DNA of 38,830 bases from Clostridia bacterium (GCA_024404665.1 JAKSPQ010000002.1:1-38830); one strand, 5' to 3'; counted from the first letter of the stretch, positions 24,930-34,361 are shown. Notes: a model not told the origin generated them from the letters alone. Numbers and translations: made by a program.

Positions 24930-26699
24930 TCAGTCAATCGGCAAATCAGCATCAATCTGATCCGATCTGTCTCGGTCTCTGTGTCCTCGCGTGTATTCGG
25001 GCTCGTCATTTTTGACTTCTGCCAGCACAAGCACCTTGATTTCCGAGGATTTGTAGAGTTTCGGAGCTTCTTCCTTGTCGTGAAGTCTGACTTTTACGGA
25101 CTGAGCCATGGGTCTGAGCTCCATAACGGTTCCTTTTCCGTCCGGAGTATCAACCACGGAATCAACCGTCGGAAGGGCGGCGATCTCCTCGTTGTATGCG
25201 GCCTGCTCGAATCTCAGGCAGCACATGAGTCTTCCGCAGCTGCCGGAAATCTTGGACGAGGTTAGGGCAAGCCCCTGTTCCTTGGCCATCTTGATCGTGA
25301 CCTGAGCATAATTCGGAAGGAAGGCGGAGCAGCAGAGCTTTCTTCCGCAGCTGCCTTTTCCTCCGAGCATTCTCGCCTCGTCTCTGATTCCTATCTGACG
25401 GAGCTCGATTCTCGTGTGGAATACGGACGCAAGGTCCTTTACGAGCTCGCGGAAATCAACGCGCTGGGCGGCTGTGAAATAAAAGATCAGTTTGGAGTTG
25501 TCAAAGGTATACTGGGCTCCGACGAGCTTCATGTCGAGACCTCTTGCCGTGATTTTTTCAAGGCAGATTTTCTCGCACTCCTTCTCGCGGCGCTTGTTGT
25601 CGGCATCGTGCTCGAGATCCGCCGGGGTTGCTTTGCGGATTACGGGCTTTAAGGGCTGGACGATGGTGTCGTCCGGAACCTTGCGGTTCGGAAGCGCAAC
25701 CTCGCCGAGCTCTGCTCCTCGCGCCGTTTCGACGATGGCCTTTTCTCCCTTGCAGAATACGGTGCTTCCGGGATCGAAGTAGTATACCTTTCCGCCCTGA
25801 GGGAAGTGAATGCCTACGATTTCGGTGCCTTCGACGGGGGGCTCGGGCTTTTTCAGGTCCGCCGGAAGGGCAAAGACGTCGTCGAGAGTCGGATCGGGAG
25901 GCATGGAATCGAGGATTTTATCCTCGGTCTCGTGATTTGACGAGAAGCCGAAGACGGAGCCGTCGGAAGAGCCGAAGCCGGACGGGCCGAACTCATCGGC
26001 CAGAGTCTGGTTAAGGATGCGGATATCGTTTTCCTTAGGCTTTTCGGCGGTGTTTTCGGCCTTTTTATCGGTGCTTTTATCCTGATTTTTTCCCTGGGAA
26101 GCAGATTTGTCTCTGCGTGCCTTTGCATCCTTTATGGCGCGTGTTTCCTTCTCGAGGGCCTGAGCCGAATATTCCTTTACGGATTTTTCGCGGCGTTCGT
26201 TTTTGAATTCCTTTTTGGGCAGGGGCTTTTCGAAAGCCTTTCCGTCCTGTGCCGGCTTTTCGGCAGCGGAGGTGCGGGGAGAAGGAACCGGGGCCTTCGG
26301 AGGCAGACCGCCCCGTCTCTCGGGCTTTCTCTGGTCGCCTGCCGGCTGCGCGGCGGAAACCGGCTGCTCCGGAATTTCCTTGTGCGGCTTTGAAGCTCCG
26401 GGCAGGGGAGCCTTCGGAGGCAGAGGAGCCTTTGACGGCAGAGGAGCTTTCGAGGGGAGAGGTGCCTTTGGAGGCAGAGGTCTTGCCCCCGAAAAAGGAA
26501 CGCTTCCGTTCGTCTCCGCCGAGGGGGAGCCTGACGGGAGAGCGGATTCGTTCTCGGACTTGTGACCGTGTTTGTATCTGCTGTTGCGGTCGTTTTTCTG
26601 TTTTCTGGAGGGATTATCCCTGCCTTCCCGTTCGCCGTTGTTTTCCGGAGCTTCGGGAATCGGGGTGCCGTTTTCGTTTATACTGTTTTTGTCGGACAT
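24930..26699 (-). CDS. ricT: PSP1-domain protein (RicT/YaaT family) with a low-complexity N-terminal extension of about 290 aa.
   Basis: The C-terminal half (VVGIHFPQGGKVYYFDPG...GSCGRKLCCSAFL...GSCGRLMCCLRFE) is the PSP1 domain with its Cys pairs. The gene lies directly downstream of holB, as in Bacillus. Confidence 0.75.
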   Translation of the reverse strand: MSDKNSINENGTPIPEAPENNGEREGRDNPSRKQKNDRNSRYKHGHKSENESALPSGSPSAETNGSVPFSGARPLPPKAPLPSKAPLPSKAPLPPKAPLPGASKPHKEIPEQPVSAAQPAGDQRKPERRGGLPPKAPVPSPRTSAAEKPAQDGKAFEKPLPKKEFKNERREKSVKEYSAQALEKETRAIKDAKARRDKSASQGKNQDKSTDKKAENTAEKPKENDIRILNQTLADEFGPSGFGSSDGSVFGFSSNHETEDKILDSMPPDPTLDDVFALPADLKKPEPPVEGTEIVGIHFPQGGKVYYFDPGSTVFCKGEKAIVETARGAELGEVALPNRKVPDDTIVQPLKPVIRKATPADLEHDADNKRREKECEKICLEKITARGLDMKLVGAQYTFDNSKLIFYFTAAQRVDFRELVKDLASVFHTRIELRQIGIRDEARMLGGKGSCGRKLCCSAFLPNYAQVTIKMAKEQGLALTSSKISGSCGRLMCCLRFEQAAYNEEIAALPTVDSVVDTPDGKGTVMELRPMAQSVKVRLHDKEEAPKLYKSSEIKVLVLAEVKNDEPEYTRGHRDRDRSDQIDADLPID

Positions 26700-26747
26700 A
26701 TTGTGGGGTGTGCCTTTCGTATAAAGCGGGGCCGGACTGAATTCCGG

Positions 26748-27659
26748 TCAGATTATTTCCGCGTCTGTAAGCATTTTCATGAGTGTCAGACGGGTATTCA
26801 TATTCTTCTCGATTGCTTCCGCCGCGTTTCCTACGGCATCCAGAATGTCAAGAAGGCGTTTGACTGTATATTTCGAAGAGAGCTTTACGGCGGCCTCCCG
26901 GTCCGTAAAGAAAAGCATTTCGCATGCCGGTGCGCGCTTCAGTGCGGCGAGATCGCGGAAAGTCGGTCTCAGAAGCGAGAGCATTTCCGCGGCAATCTCC
27001 CTTGAGCCCTTGCATGAGGAGATAAGAAGAGACATTGCCCGCGCTCCGTTGCTTCTGTCGGCGCACAGAGCCGCAAATTCCGCTGCCGAATTCCGGAGCT
27101 CCGTGATTTCGTTGTCGGTACCGTCCTCGGTCTCCGGCTCGAGCCTGAGCATCGGTGCCCGGCTTCTCACGGTTTCGAGAAGGCTTCTGCCGTCCTCGCA
27201 GAGAAGCAGTATCATGGCGTATGCCGGCGGGGCCACGAGTGTGAGCAGAGAGGCGTTCTGAGCCTGGACCGTCATGATGTCGGCGGAGTCGACAATGTAG
27301 ATCTTATAATCGAATTCCGTAGGATAGATATGAATGTCATTCCTCAGATCCCTGATTTTGTCGATTCCGAGGGAGGACCTGCCTTCATCGGGGGACGTGA
27401 CCGTTACGTCCGGAGCGATGCCGGCCGCTATGTTCCTGCAGCTTCTGCAGACTCCGCACGGCAGAGGACGGACGGGATCCCTTCTGTTTTCGCAGCAGAC
27501 TGCCATCGCAAGCTCCCCGGCGAAGCTCTGCCTGACCGAGGCGGAGGAGCCCTCTATTATGTAAGCGTGCGACAGCGACGGGGGATCGGACAGGAGTACC
27601 CCCGAGAGCACTGCCTTCAGCGGCCGGTTGCCGCGAAGAGACGGTAATATATCTTTCAT
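26748..27659 (-). CDS. holB: DNA polymerase III delta-prime subunit.
   Basis: HAYIIEG, the zinc module CGVCRSCRNIAAGIAPDV, and ...IYIVDSADIMT. 303 aa. Confidence 0.8.
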   Translation of the reverse strand: MKDILPSLRGNRPLKAVLSGVLLSDPPSLSHAYIIEGSSASVRQSFAGELAMAVCCENRRDPVRPLPCGVCRSCRNIAAGIAPDVTVTSPDEGRSSLGIDKIRDLRNDIHIYPTEFDYKIYIVDSADIMTVQAQNASLLTLVAPPAYAMILLLCEDGRSLLETVRSRAPMLRLEPETEDGTDNEITELRNSAAEFAALCADRSNGARAMSLLISSCKGSREIAAEMLSLLRPTFRDLAALKRAPACEMLFFTDREAAVKLSSKYTVKRLLDILDAVGNAAEAIEKNMNTRLTLMKMLTDAEII

Positions 27660-27749
27660 CCGGACTTACTCCATGCAGGTCTGTCCGTTCGCCGGACCTT
27701 CGGAAACGGCTTTCGGGCAAACAATTCCTCATTGTAAACTTGATATTTA

Positions 27750-27778
27750 ATTATATATCAACTTCCTCCGGATGTCAA
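27750..27778 (-). promoter_or_regulatory. Consensus sigma-A promoter for holB-ricT.
   Basis: The minus strand reads TTGACA, tccggaggaagttgata (17 nt), TATAAT. Confidence 0.7.
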
Positions 27779-27815
27779 GTTTTTTTCGGTAAACAATCAT
27801 AAAGACATCAAACTC

Positions 27816-27844
27816 TTGACATTCTTGCGTTTTATAATTATAAT
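27816..27844 (+). promoter_or_regulatory. Consensus sigma-A promoter for the ABC-2 operon.
   Basis: TTGACA, ttcttgcgttttataat (17 nt), TATAAT. Confidence 0.7.
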
Positions 27845-27938
27845 ATAAGAGTATATTACAGTGCGTCGGGCCGGCCGACGGTCCCTGCGCGCTTTTCATA
27901 TGGTCCGGAAGAAGCGGACCGGAACGGAGGAAACGACT

Positions 27939-29042
27939 TTGATAAAGGTCAAAAATCTGACAAAGAAATACGGCGACAATACGGCGGTCAACGATATTTC
28001 CTTCACCATTGAGGAGGGAAGAATATACGGACTTCTGGGCCCCAACGGTGCCGGAAAATCAACGACGATGAATATTATTACCGGGTGCCTTGCGGCAACC
28101 TCCGGAACAGTCCTTGTGGACGGAAAGGATATCTTTGAGAATCCGATCGAGGCGAAAAAGCACATAGGATATCTCCCCGAGATTCCGCCTCTTTACACTG
28201 ATATGACGCCCGCCGAATATCTCGAATTCGTTGCGGAGGCAAAGGGCGTGCCCTTCGCAAAGCGCGCAAAGCAGGTAAAGAGCGCAATGGAAAAGACGGA
28301 TCTTATTCCCGTCGCCGACAGACTTATCCAGAATCTTTCAAAGGGATACAGACAGCGCGTCGGCATCGCTCAGGCCATGATCGGAGACCCCGACGTAATC
28401 ATCCTCGACGAGCCCACCGTCGGACTTGACCCCAAGCAGATCATAGAGATCCGCGAGCTCGTCCGCAGTCTTGCGAAAATCAAAACGGTCATTATTTCAA
28501 GCCATATCCTCTCCGAAATCGCGGAGGTCTGTGACCACGTTCTGATTATTTCCGGCGGCAGACTTGTCGCCGATGAGTCCCTTGCCTCCCTTGAGGAGCG
28601 CGCCAAGCGTTCGAACGGTCTCTGCATAAAGGCCAGATGCGATGCAGACACTCTTGTTAAAACGGTTAAGTCCGCCGGCGACTTTGAGGTCGTCCACGTA
28701 GGAAATGCCGGTCACGGTCTGTGCGAGGGTGTTGTTTCCGCAGAATCGGATACGATGGTCTCGGAGAAGGTTTTCGCCGCCTTTGCGGCAGCGGGTATTC
28801 CCGTAAGCGAGCTGTATTTCAGGGAAAGCTCGCTTGAGAATATCTTCCTAAAGCTCACCGAAAGCTCGATTTACGGCGACGACGATGCGGTCGCTGCCTC
28901 CGATAACGGCCCCGACGGTGAAGACGGTGAAGGCGGTGACGCCGAAGACGGTGATGCAAATGATGAAAACGGCGGGCCCGAAAAGGAAAGCGACGATGAT
29001 TACAAGCCGCTCTTCGGCTCAGTCGGCGAGGAGGACAGATAA
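27939..29042 (+). CDS. ABC-2-type transporter ATPase (GldA-like) with an acidic C-terminal tail.
   Basis: Walker A GPNGAGKST, signature LSKGYRQRVGIAQAM, Walker B VIILDEPTVGLD and H-loop SSHIL. I chose the TTG at 27939 (GGAGG 8 nt upstream) because ABC ATPases normally start a few residues before IKVKNLTKKYG. Confidence 0.85.
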   Translation: MIKVKNLTKKYGDNTAVNDISFTIEEGRIYGLLGPNGAGKSTTMNIITGCLAATSGTVLVDGKDIFENPIEAKKHIGYLPEIPPLYTDMTPAEYLEFVAEAKGVPFAKRAKQVKSAMEKTDLIPVADRLIQNLSKGYRQRVGIAQAMIGDPDVIILDEPTVGLDPKQIIEIRELVRSLAKIKTVIISSHILSEIAEVCDHVLIISGGRLVADESLASLEERAKRSNGLCIKARCDADTLVKTVKSAGDFEVVHVGNAGHGLCEGVVSAESDTMVSEKVFAAFAAAGIPVSELYFRESSLENIFLKLTESSIYGDDDAVAASDNGPDGEDGEGGDAEDGDANDENGGPEKESDDDYKPLFGSVGEEDR

Positions 29043-29905
29043 TGGAAGCCATATACAAAAGAGAATTGAAATCTCTGTTCAACGGCCTGACCGCATGGAT
29101 TTATATGGGCGTTATGTTCGTAATGTGCGGTATTTTTACAATGGCCAACAATCTCCTGAGCCTGTATTCCCAGTTTGAATACGTTCTGAGCTCGCTTCCG
29201 CTTTTCCTTCTGGTGGCGGTTCCGATTCTGACAATGAGATCCCTCTCCGGAGAGAAGAGAGCGCGTACGGATCAGCTTCTTTACTCTCTGCCGCTAAAGA
29301 TGTCACAGATTGTAATAGGCAAGTACTTCGCTCTCGTAACCGTTCACGCGGCCGTATCTCTTGTCATGGGCTTTGTGCCCGTCATTCTATCTCTCTACGG
29401 AGACGTGCATTTCGGCTCCGCATATTCCGCGCTGCTCGGCTTTTTCCTTCTCGGCTGCGCGCTGATAGCGGTCAACCTTTTCCTCTCCTCGCTTATAACC
29501 AATCAGGCGGCAGTCTGCTTTGCAGGCATAGTCGCGGGCTTCCTGCTATATCTCATGAGCGGACTCGCATCGCTGTTCCCCTCAACCGCGGGAGCCTCGC
29601 TCTTTGCCTTTGTGGTGCTCTCCGTTCTCGCCGGACTCGTTCTGTATTTCCTTACAAAGAACCTCCTGATAGGCGGAGGAGCTGCCCTGGCGGGAGCTGC
29701 CGTTTCCGTCGTCGTGTTCTTTGTAAAAAAGACGGCCTTTGAGGGTCTTTTCCCGAGAATTATCGAATATCTTGCGCTGTTTGACAGACTTAACAGCTTT
29801 ATCAACGGGATTTTCGATATCACGGCAGTGGTCTACTACATAACGCTCATCATATTCTTCGTATGGCTTTCGGTCCAGTCGATGGATAAGAAGCGCTGGA
29901 ACTGA
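29042..29905 (+). CDS. ABC-2-type transporter permease (GldF-like).
   Basis: 287 aa with six hydrophobic segments. The start overlaps the upstream stop (TAATG). Confidence 0.75.
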   Translation: MEAIYKRELKSLFNGLTAWIYMGVMFVMCGIFTMANNLLSLYSQFEYVLSSLPLFLLVAVPILTMRSLSGEKRARTDQLLYSLPLKMSQIVIGKYFALVTVHAAVSLVMGFVPVILSLYGDVHFGSAYSALLGFFLLGCALIAVNLFLSSLITNQAAVCFAGIVAGFLLYLMSGLASLFPSTAGASLFAFVVLSVLAGLVLYFLTKNLLIGGGAALAGAAVSVVVFFVKKTAFEGLFPRIIEYLALFDRLNSFINGIFDITAVVYYITLIIFFVWLSVQSMDKKRWN

Positions 29906-29922
29906 CAGGGAGGTACGGACAG

Positions 29923-31395
29923 ATGAATGAAAAAGTAAAGCAGAAATTCACGGACGGCATCGCCTTCGGAAAAGCCGGAAGAATGGGCACGTATACCGCG
30001 GTCATGGCCGTGATACTCGTTGCGGTTCTTGTTTTTGTTAACCTGATCTTTTCGGCAATTCCCTCGAGATACACAAAGCTCGACACGAGCGTAAACAATA
30101 TTTATACGCTCTCATCGCAGAGCACGAAATACCTCTCCGCGTTAAAGGAGGACGTTACTCTGAACTTCGTATGCAGCGGAGGAACAGAGGACGAGATGCT
30201 CTCCACGTTCCTTGACAGGTTCACGTCGGTCTCGTCAAAAATCAGCGTGAAGAAGGTTGACCCCGTAAGCGACCCCACACTGCTTGAAAAGTATCCCGAG
30301 CTCGAAACAGCCGACAATTTCTCGGTAATTGCCGTCAGCGGCAAGAGATCCAAGCTCGTGGGCTATTCTGATATGTACTATTATTTCAACGAGCAGGTCG
30401 GAGAGCTTTCGTCCTCCGAGTTCAGCTACTACAATCAGATGTACGGCGGACAGCTCGAGGCATATTACGGCCCGTTCACCCTCTATTTTTCCGGAGACGC
30501 CAAAATCACGGGTGCCATAGAATACGTCACCGCCGAAACGGTTCCCACCGTATATATCCTTGAAGGACACGGCGAGGCCGCTCTTTCCTCCACGCTGGTC
30601 AGCGCGCTCTTTGACAATTTCGGAATAGCGCACTCCGTCATCAACATCGCAATCGATGCGGAGATTCCGGCGGATGCGGATACCGTCATCGTCAACAATC
30701 CCTCGAACGACATAACCGCCGGTGAAGCCATGGCGCTCATTGATTTCATCGACAGGGGCGGAAACGTCCTCCTCTTCACGTCCGACGGCTGCGACACCAT
30801 GACTAATCTCATGAAGGTTACGGGTGCCATGGGACTCGGAGCGGAATCCGGAATAGTCAGCGAGGGCGACAGCTCAAAGCACTATCCGAGAAACGCCAGA
30901 TATATATATCCCGAATTCAATCCGGACCATGCGGCATCAAAGCCGGTTTCCTCCTATTCCGGAAAGCTCATTTCTCCTTCCTCTCACGGAATAGTAATTA
31001 CCGAAAAGAGCGGAGTCACGGCGACATGGCTTGCGAGAACCTCTGACAAGGCAACGACAACCGAAAACGATGAGGCAAAGTCATATATCCTTTCCGCGGC
31101 TGCGGAGAAGGGAAGCGGCAAGCTTATATGGACTTCATCCGCGGATATGATATCCGACACCTTTATCAACGCCACGAGCGGATACAATCTCGCGTTTGTT
31201 GACGGCTCGCTCTCATGGATGCAGAACAGCTACTCCTCGGGACTCGGAGTCATAGATGCCGTAAGCCTTTCGAGCTCCTCGCTGGCGATTACGGAGGGAC
31301 AGGCCAATTTCTGGGGCGGAATAATGATATTCGTCATCCCCATCGGCTGCATTGCCATAGGTACCGTAATCGTTATCGTACGTAAGAGAAGATAA
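29923..31395 (+). CDS. GldG-family ABC-transport auxiliary protein.
   Basis: N-terminal and C-terminal TM anchors around a large extracytoplasmic domain. It begins ...NIYTLSSQSTKYLSALKEDVTLNFV, and it occupies the position after the ABC-2 permease. Confidence 0.65.
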   Translation: MNEKVKQKFTDGIAFGKAGRMGTYTAVMAVILVAVLVFVNLIFSAIPSRYTKLDTSVNNIYTLSSQSTKYLSALKEDVTLNFVCSGGTEDEMLSTFLDRFTSVSSKISVKKVDPVSDPTLLEKYPELETADNFSVIAVSGKRSKLVGYSDMYYYFNEQVGELSSSEFSYYNQMYGGQLEAYYGPFTLYFSGDAKITGAIEYVTAETVPTVYILEGHGEAALSSTLVSALFDNFGIAHSVINIAIDAEIPADADTVIVNNPSNDITAGEAMALIDFIDRGGNVLLFTSDGCDTMTNLMKVTGAMGLGAESGIVSEGDSSKHYPRNARYIYPEFNPDHAASKPVSSYSGKLISPSSHGIVITEKSGVTATWLARTSDKATTTENDEAKSYILSAAAEKGSGKLIWTSSADMISDTFINATSGYNLAFVDGSLSWMQNSYSSGLGVIDAVSLSSSSLAITEGQANFWGGIMIFVIPIGCIAIGTVIVIVRKRR

Positions 31396-32612
31396 TGAAC
31401 AAACAGATAAGAAACATTTTGATCATACTCGCGGTGCTTGCCGCCGCGGCCGGAATTTATCTGATTGCCCGAAGCCTTTCGAACGGCTCCGACGGCAGCG
31501 AAACCTCAGCTCCCTCGGAGGAATACACTCTTCCTCCGGTGGATCAGACAAAGCTTACGGAAATCTCGATTACCGTAAGAAAAATCGGAGAATCCGCCGA
31601 AATCAGAAAGCTCGGCTTTGTTCTGAAGGAGGATATGACGGGTTGGGAGTGGACCGATGACAAATCCGTTCCTCTCGACAATCAGGTTTTCGCGGACATC
31701 GTGCTTGCCGTAAGCGGAAAAGCCTCCGATTACCGCATAACAGAGGTTGCGGAGGAGTCGCTTCCGAAATACGGCCTTGATACGCCGTTCATCGAGGCTT
31801 CCTTCGGCTATTCGGACGGCAGCGCGTACAACTGCAAAATCGGCTCGTTCAATGCGTTTTCCGACAGCTATTACTTTATGGACGGCAAGGATCCGTCCGT
31901 CGTTTACACGATTTCATCCGCGGATGCGGAGGTTCTCGACAAAACGATAGCGGATTTCGTTCTCTCCGAAAAGGCTCCCGAAATCACGTCCTCCGGGATC
32001 ACGTCGGTTTCGGTTGAAAAGGACGGGCACAAAACCGTGTATTCATATAATCCGCAGGGTGTCGCGGGTTACTATACCGACGAATACAAGTGGTCGCTGT
32101 CCGCGGACGGCGCAGAGCCGTTCCCGATTTCGTCTGATGTAGGAAACCGCATAGTTTCTGCGATTACATCGGCCGGATTTTCCGAATGCGTGGCCTTCAG
32201 AGCAGATACGGACCTTTCCGCATACGGCCTTGACAAGCCCGTGAAAATGACCGTAGCCTATACTTATACGGAAAAGGTATCCGATTCCACGAGCGGCCAG
32301 AGCCAGGATGTCCGTAAGAACGGAGAATGGGTGCTTCTGTTCGGCAGCGCCGATGAAAACGGAGAGCTTTACGTGAAAACCGAAAGCAGCGCCCTTGTGT
32401 ATCTCATGGAGGACTCGGCTCTCTATTCGATGCTCATCGATGCCGACGCTCTTGCTCTGAGACCCGCTGAGCTCGTCGTAATCAATCCCGATAAGCTTGA
32501 CGGAGTAAGCTTCTCGGCCTCAGGCAAAACTCTCCGCGTGCTTTATGAAAAGAGCGACGCGAAGGTCGTCTTCAAGGATGCCGACGGAGCCGAGCTTAAA
32601 TACAATCTCTAG
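31395..32612 (+). CDS. DUF4340-like anchored protein. It ends at an in-frame TAG, and the coding-like frame continues to 32870.
   Basis: N-terminal anchor MNKQIRNILIILAVLAAAAGIYLI and the usual position after GldG. After the TAG at 32610-32612 there are 85 further in-frame sense codons. Confidence 0.65.
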   Translation: MNKQIRNILIILAVLAAAAGIYLIARSLSNGSDGSETSAPSEEYTLPPVDQTKLTEISITVRKIGESAEIRKLGFVLKEDMTGWEWTDDKSVPLDNQVFADIVLAVSGKASDYRITEVAEESLPKYGLDTPFIEASFGYSDGSAYNCKIGSFNAFSDSYYFMDGKDPSVVYTISSADAEVLDKTIADFVLSEKAPEITSSGITSVSVEKDGHKTVYSYNPQGVAGYYTDEYKWSLSADGAEPFPISSDVGNRIVSAITSAGFSECVAFRADTDLSAYGLDKPVKMTVAYTYTEKVSDSTSGQSQDVRKNGEWVLLFGSADENGELYVKTESSALVYLMEDSALYSMLIDADALALRPAELVVINPDKLDGVSFSASGKTLRVLYEKSDAKVVFKDADGAELKYNL

Positions 32613-32898
32613 TCCGAAATCGCAGATACCCTCTGCGGCATCAAGGCGTCGAGCGACTCATCTCTCATCGCGGCGGATCCCTCCGTTTCAACCGGAAAGG
32701 CTGTGTTTACAGCAGTGCTCAGTCTCGGTGAAGCGGGCGAAAAAACGCTTGAAATACTGCCCCATACAGCGGATTACTTCCGTGTGTCCTTTGCCGGACG
32801 CGAGTCACAGCTTGTAAAAGCATCAGACGTAACAAAGCTCCTTGAAGCCTTCGGAGCTTATTTCGGCTGAATTCAGCAGCAAAAGAGGACCGGAATTA

Positions 32899-33255
32899 AT
32901 GGGAAGCGGTAAGCTAGGCAGCCTCTTCGGGGGGCTGTTCGGAAAGAATAAAAAGGATCCGGACAACGTGTATTTCCGCCGGGAAATGGCGGAAAGAATC
33001 GCCGGACACAGAATAAGATACGTTACGGAGCGCAGGGATGACGTCGATGAAGTCATAGGCAGAGAGGGAAGCCTCTCCGTACGCGACGGCGAATTCATCG
33101 TGTTTGCGTCATCGGAAATTCTCTTCAGGTGCGAGGTCGACGATCTCAGGGCGTGGGAGCTGCTGTCAAAGGACGGAGTTGTGCTCACGGCGCACGACAT
33201 CGAACACGGCGGAAAAGAGCGTACGATAATAGTATATTACGTTTATTACAGATGA
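32899..33255 (+). CDS. Hypothetical 118-aa protein (possibly a PH-like fold).
   Basis: ATG at 32899 with AGAGGA 9 nt upstream. A Gly/Lys-rich N-terminus is followed by a strand-rich domain. I recognised no motif. Confidence 0.5.
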   Translation: MGSGKLGSLFGGLFGKNKKDPDNVYFRREMAERIAGHRIRYVTERRDDVDEVIGREGSLSVRDGEFIVFASSEILFRCEVDDLRAWELLSKDGVVLTAHDIEHGGKERTIIVYYVYYR

Positions 33256-33260
33256 AAAAA

Positions 33261-33298
33261 CAGTTGCCGGAAAAGCCGCATGGCTTTTTCGGCAACTG
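33261..33298. terminator. Bidirectional intrinsic terminator between convergent genes.
   Basis: CAGTTGCCGGAAAAGCC-gcat-GGCTTTTTCGGCAACTG forms a 17-bp stem with one mismatch. It is flanked by AAAAAA on one side and TTTTT on the other. Confidence 0.8.
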
Positions 33299-33323
33299 TT
33301 TTTCAGTGCTCCATTTCGTTCTA

Positions 33324-34361
33324 TTATTTTTTCAGTGCCATTTCGGCGAGCATCTCGCAGAGATCTCCGTATTCGATGCCGACGGCCGCGGCTTCCTGAG
33401 GAAGAAGGGATGTGGGAGTCATGCCGGGAAGCGCGTTGACTTCAAGGCATACGAATTTGCCGGAGGGTGTAAGAATGAAATCCGCGCGTCCGTACATTTC
33501 CATTCTGAGTGAGCCGAAGGCGGCAAGAGCCAGTCTCTGAATTTCCGCCGTTTCCTCATCGGTGAGCGGAGCGGGGCAGATTTCGGTCGTGGCGCCGCTC
33601 TGGTACTTGTTGGCATAATCATACCAACCGCTCTTCGGAATAATCTCCACGGGCGGAAGTGCTTGTCCTCCGAGCACCGCGCAGGTGAGCTCGCGGCCCT
33701 CTATGAGTTTCTCGGCCAGAACGGACGTTTCGTATTTTGCGGCAGACGCAAGCGCCGCGTCAAGCTCCTCTTTTGTGAATACGCGGGATACGCCCACGCT
33801 TGAGCCGCAGGAGGCGGGCTTTATTACGCAGGGAAGACCTACCTCGTTCAATATTCTTTCGGCTGTATCCGCGCTTCCGGCGTTGCAGTATATTCCTTCC
33901 GGAACCGGTACTCCCGCGCCGCTCATCATCTTCTTTGCGATGTCCTTGTCCATCGAAAGCAGGGCTCCGATATATCCCGTGCCGGTGTAATGCTTAATGC
34001 CGAAGCTGTCAAGCGTTGCCTGCAGCATTCCGTTTTCTCCTATGGAGCCGTGAAGCGCCAGGAAGACGGCATCGGCGGCCTTGCAGAGCTCTATGATGCC
34101 GGGGCCGATATAAGCCTCACGTCCTCCCGCAGATGCCTTTACGGCCCCGAGATCGGGCTCCTTTTCCTCTACCCGGCAGGCGGGAAAAGGTGTGCGTCCG
34201 AACATGTCGGACACCGGGACGTTTTCGTCGGTGCCGAGGTAAAGATCGGCTAAGGCCACATCGTGACCTTTGTTTATCAATGCGTTGGCGATGAGGGAGC
34301 CGGAGACGCGGGAAACGTCGCGCTCGGGGCTCAGACCGCCGCAAAGGACTGCAATTTTCAT
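33324..34361 (-). CDS. ddl: D-alanine--D-alanine ligase.
   Basis: MKIAVLCGGLSPERDVSRVSG, ...HGSIGENG..Q, and an ATP-grasp C-terminal half ending EVNALPGMT. Confidence 0.9.
   Translation of the reverse strand: MKIAVLCGGLSPERDVSRVSGSLIANALINKGHDVALADLYLGTDENVPVSDMFGRTPFPACRVEEKEPDLGAVKASAGGREAYIGPGIIELCKAADAVFLALHGSIGENGMLQATLDSFGIKHYTGTGYIGALLSMDKDIAKKMMSGAGVPVPEGIYCNAGSADTAERILNEVGLPCVIKPASCGSSVGVSRVFTKEELDAALASAAKYETSVLAEKLIEGRELTCAVLGGQALPPVEIIPKSGWYDYANKYQSGATTEICPAPLTDEETAEIQRLALAAFGSLRMEMYGRADFILTPSGKFVCLEVNALPGMTPTSLLPQEAAAVGIEYGDLCEMLAEMALKK

Noticed and set aside
27861-27938. The GTG or ATG-started longer version of the ABC-2 ATPase.
   Set aside because: No RBS precedes 27861 or 27900. 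GGAGG sits 8 nt before the TTG at 27939, and ABC ATPases normally begin a few residues before the first beta-strand (IKVKNL).
32610-32612. Pyrrolysine or a reassigned amber codon as the explanation for the in-frame TAG.
   Set aside because: There are no pyl genes in the window. TAG appears to work as a normal terminator at 18602-18604. This cannot be excluded without the rest of the genome, so it remains only a check under the TAG finding.
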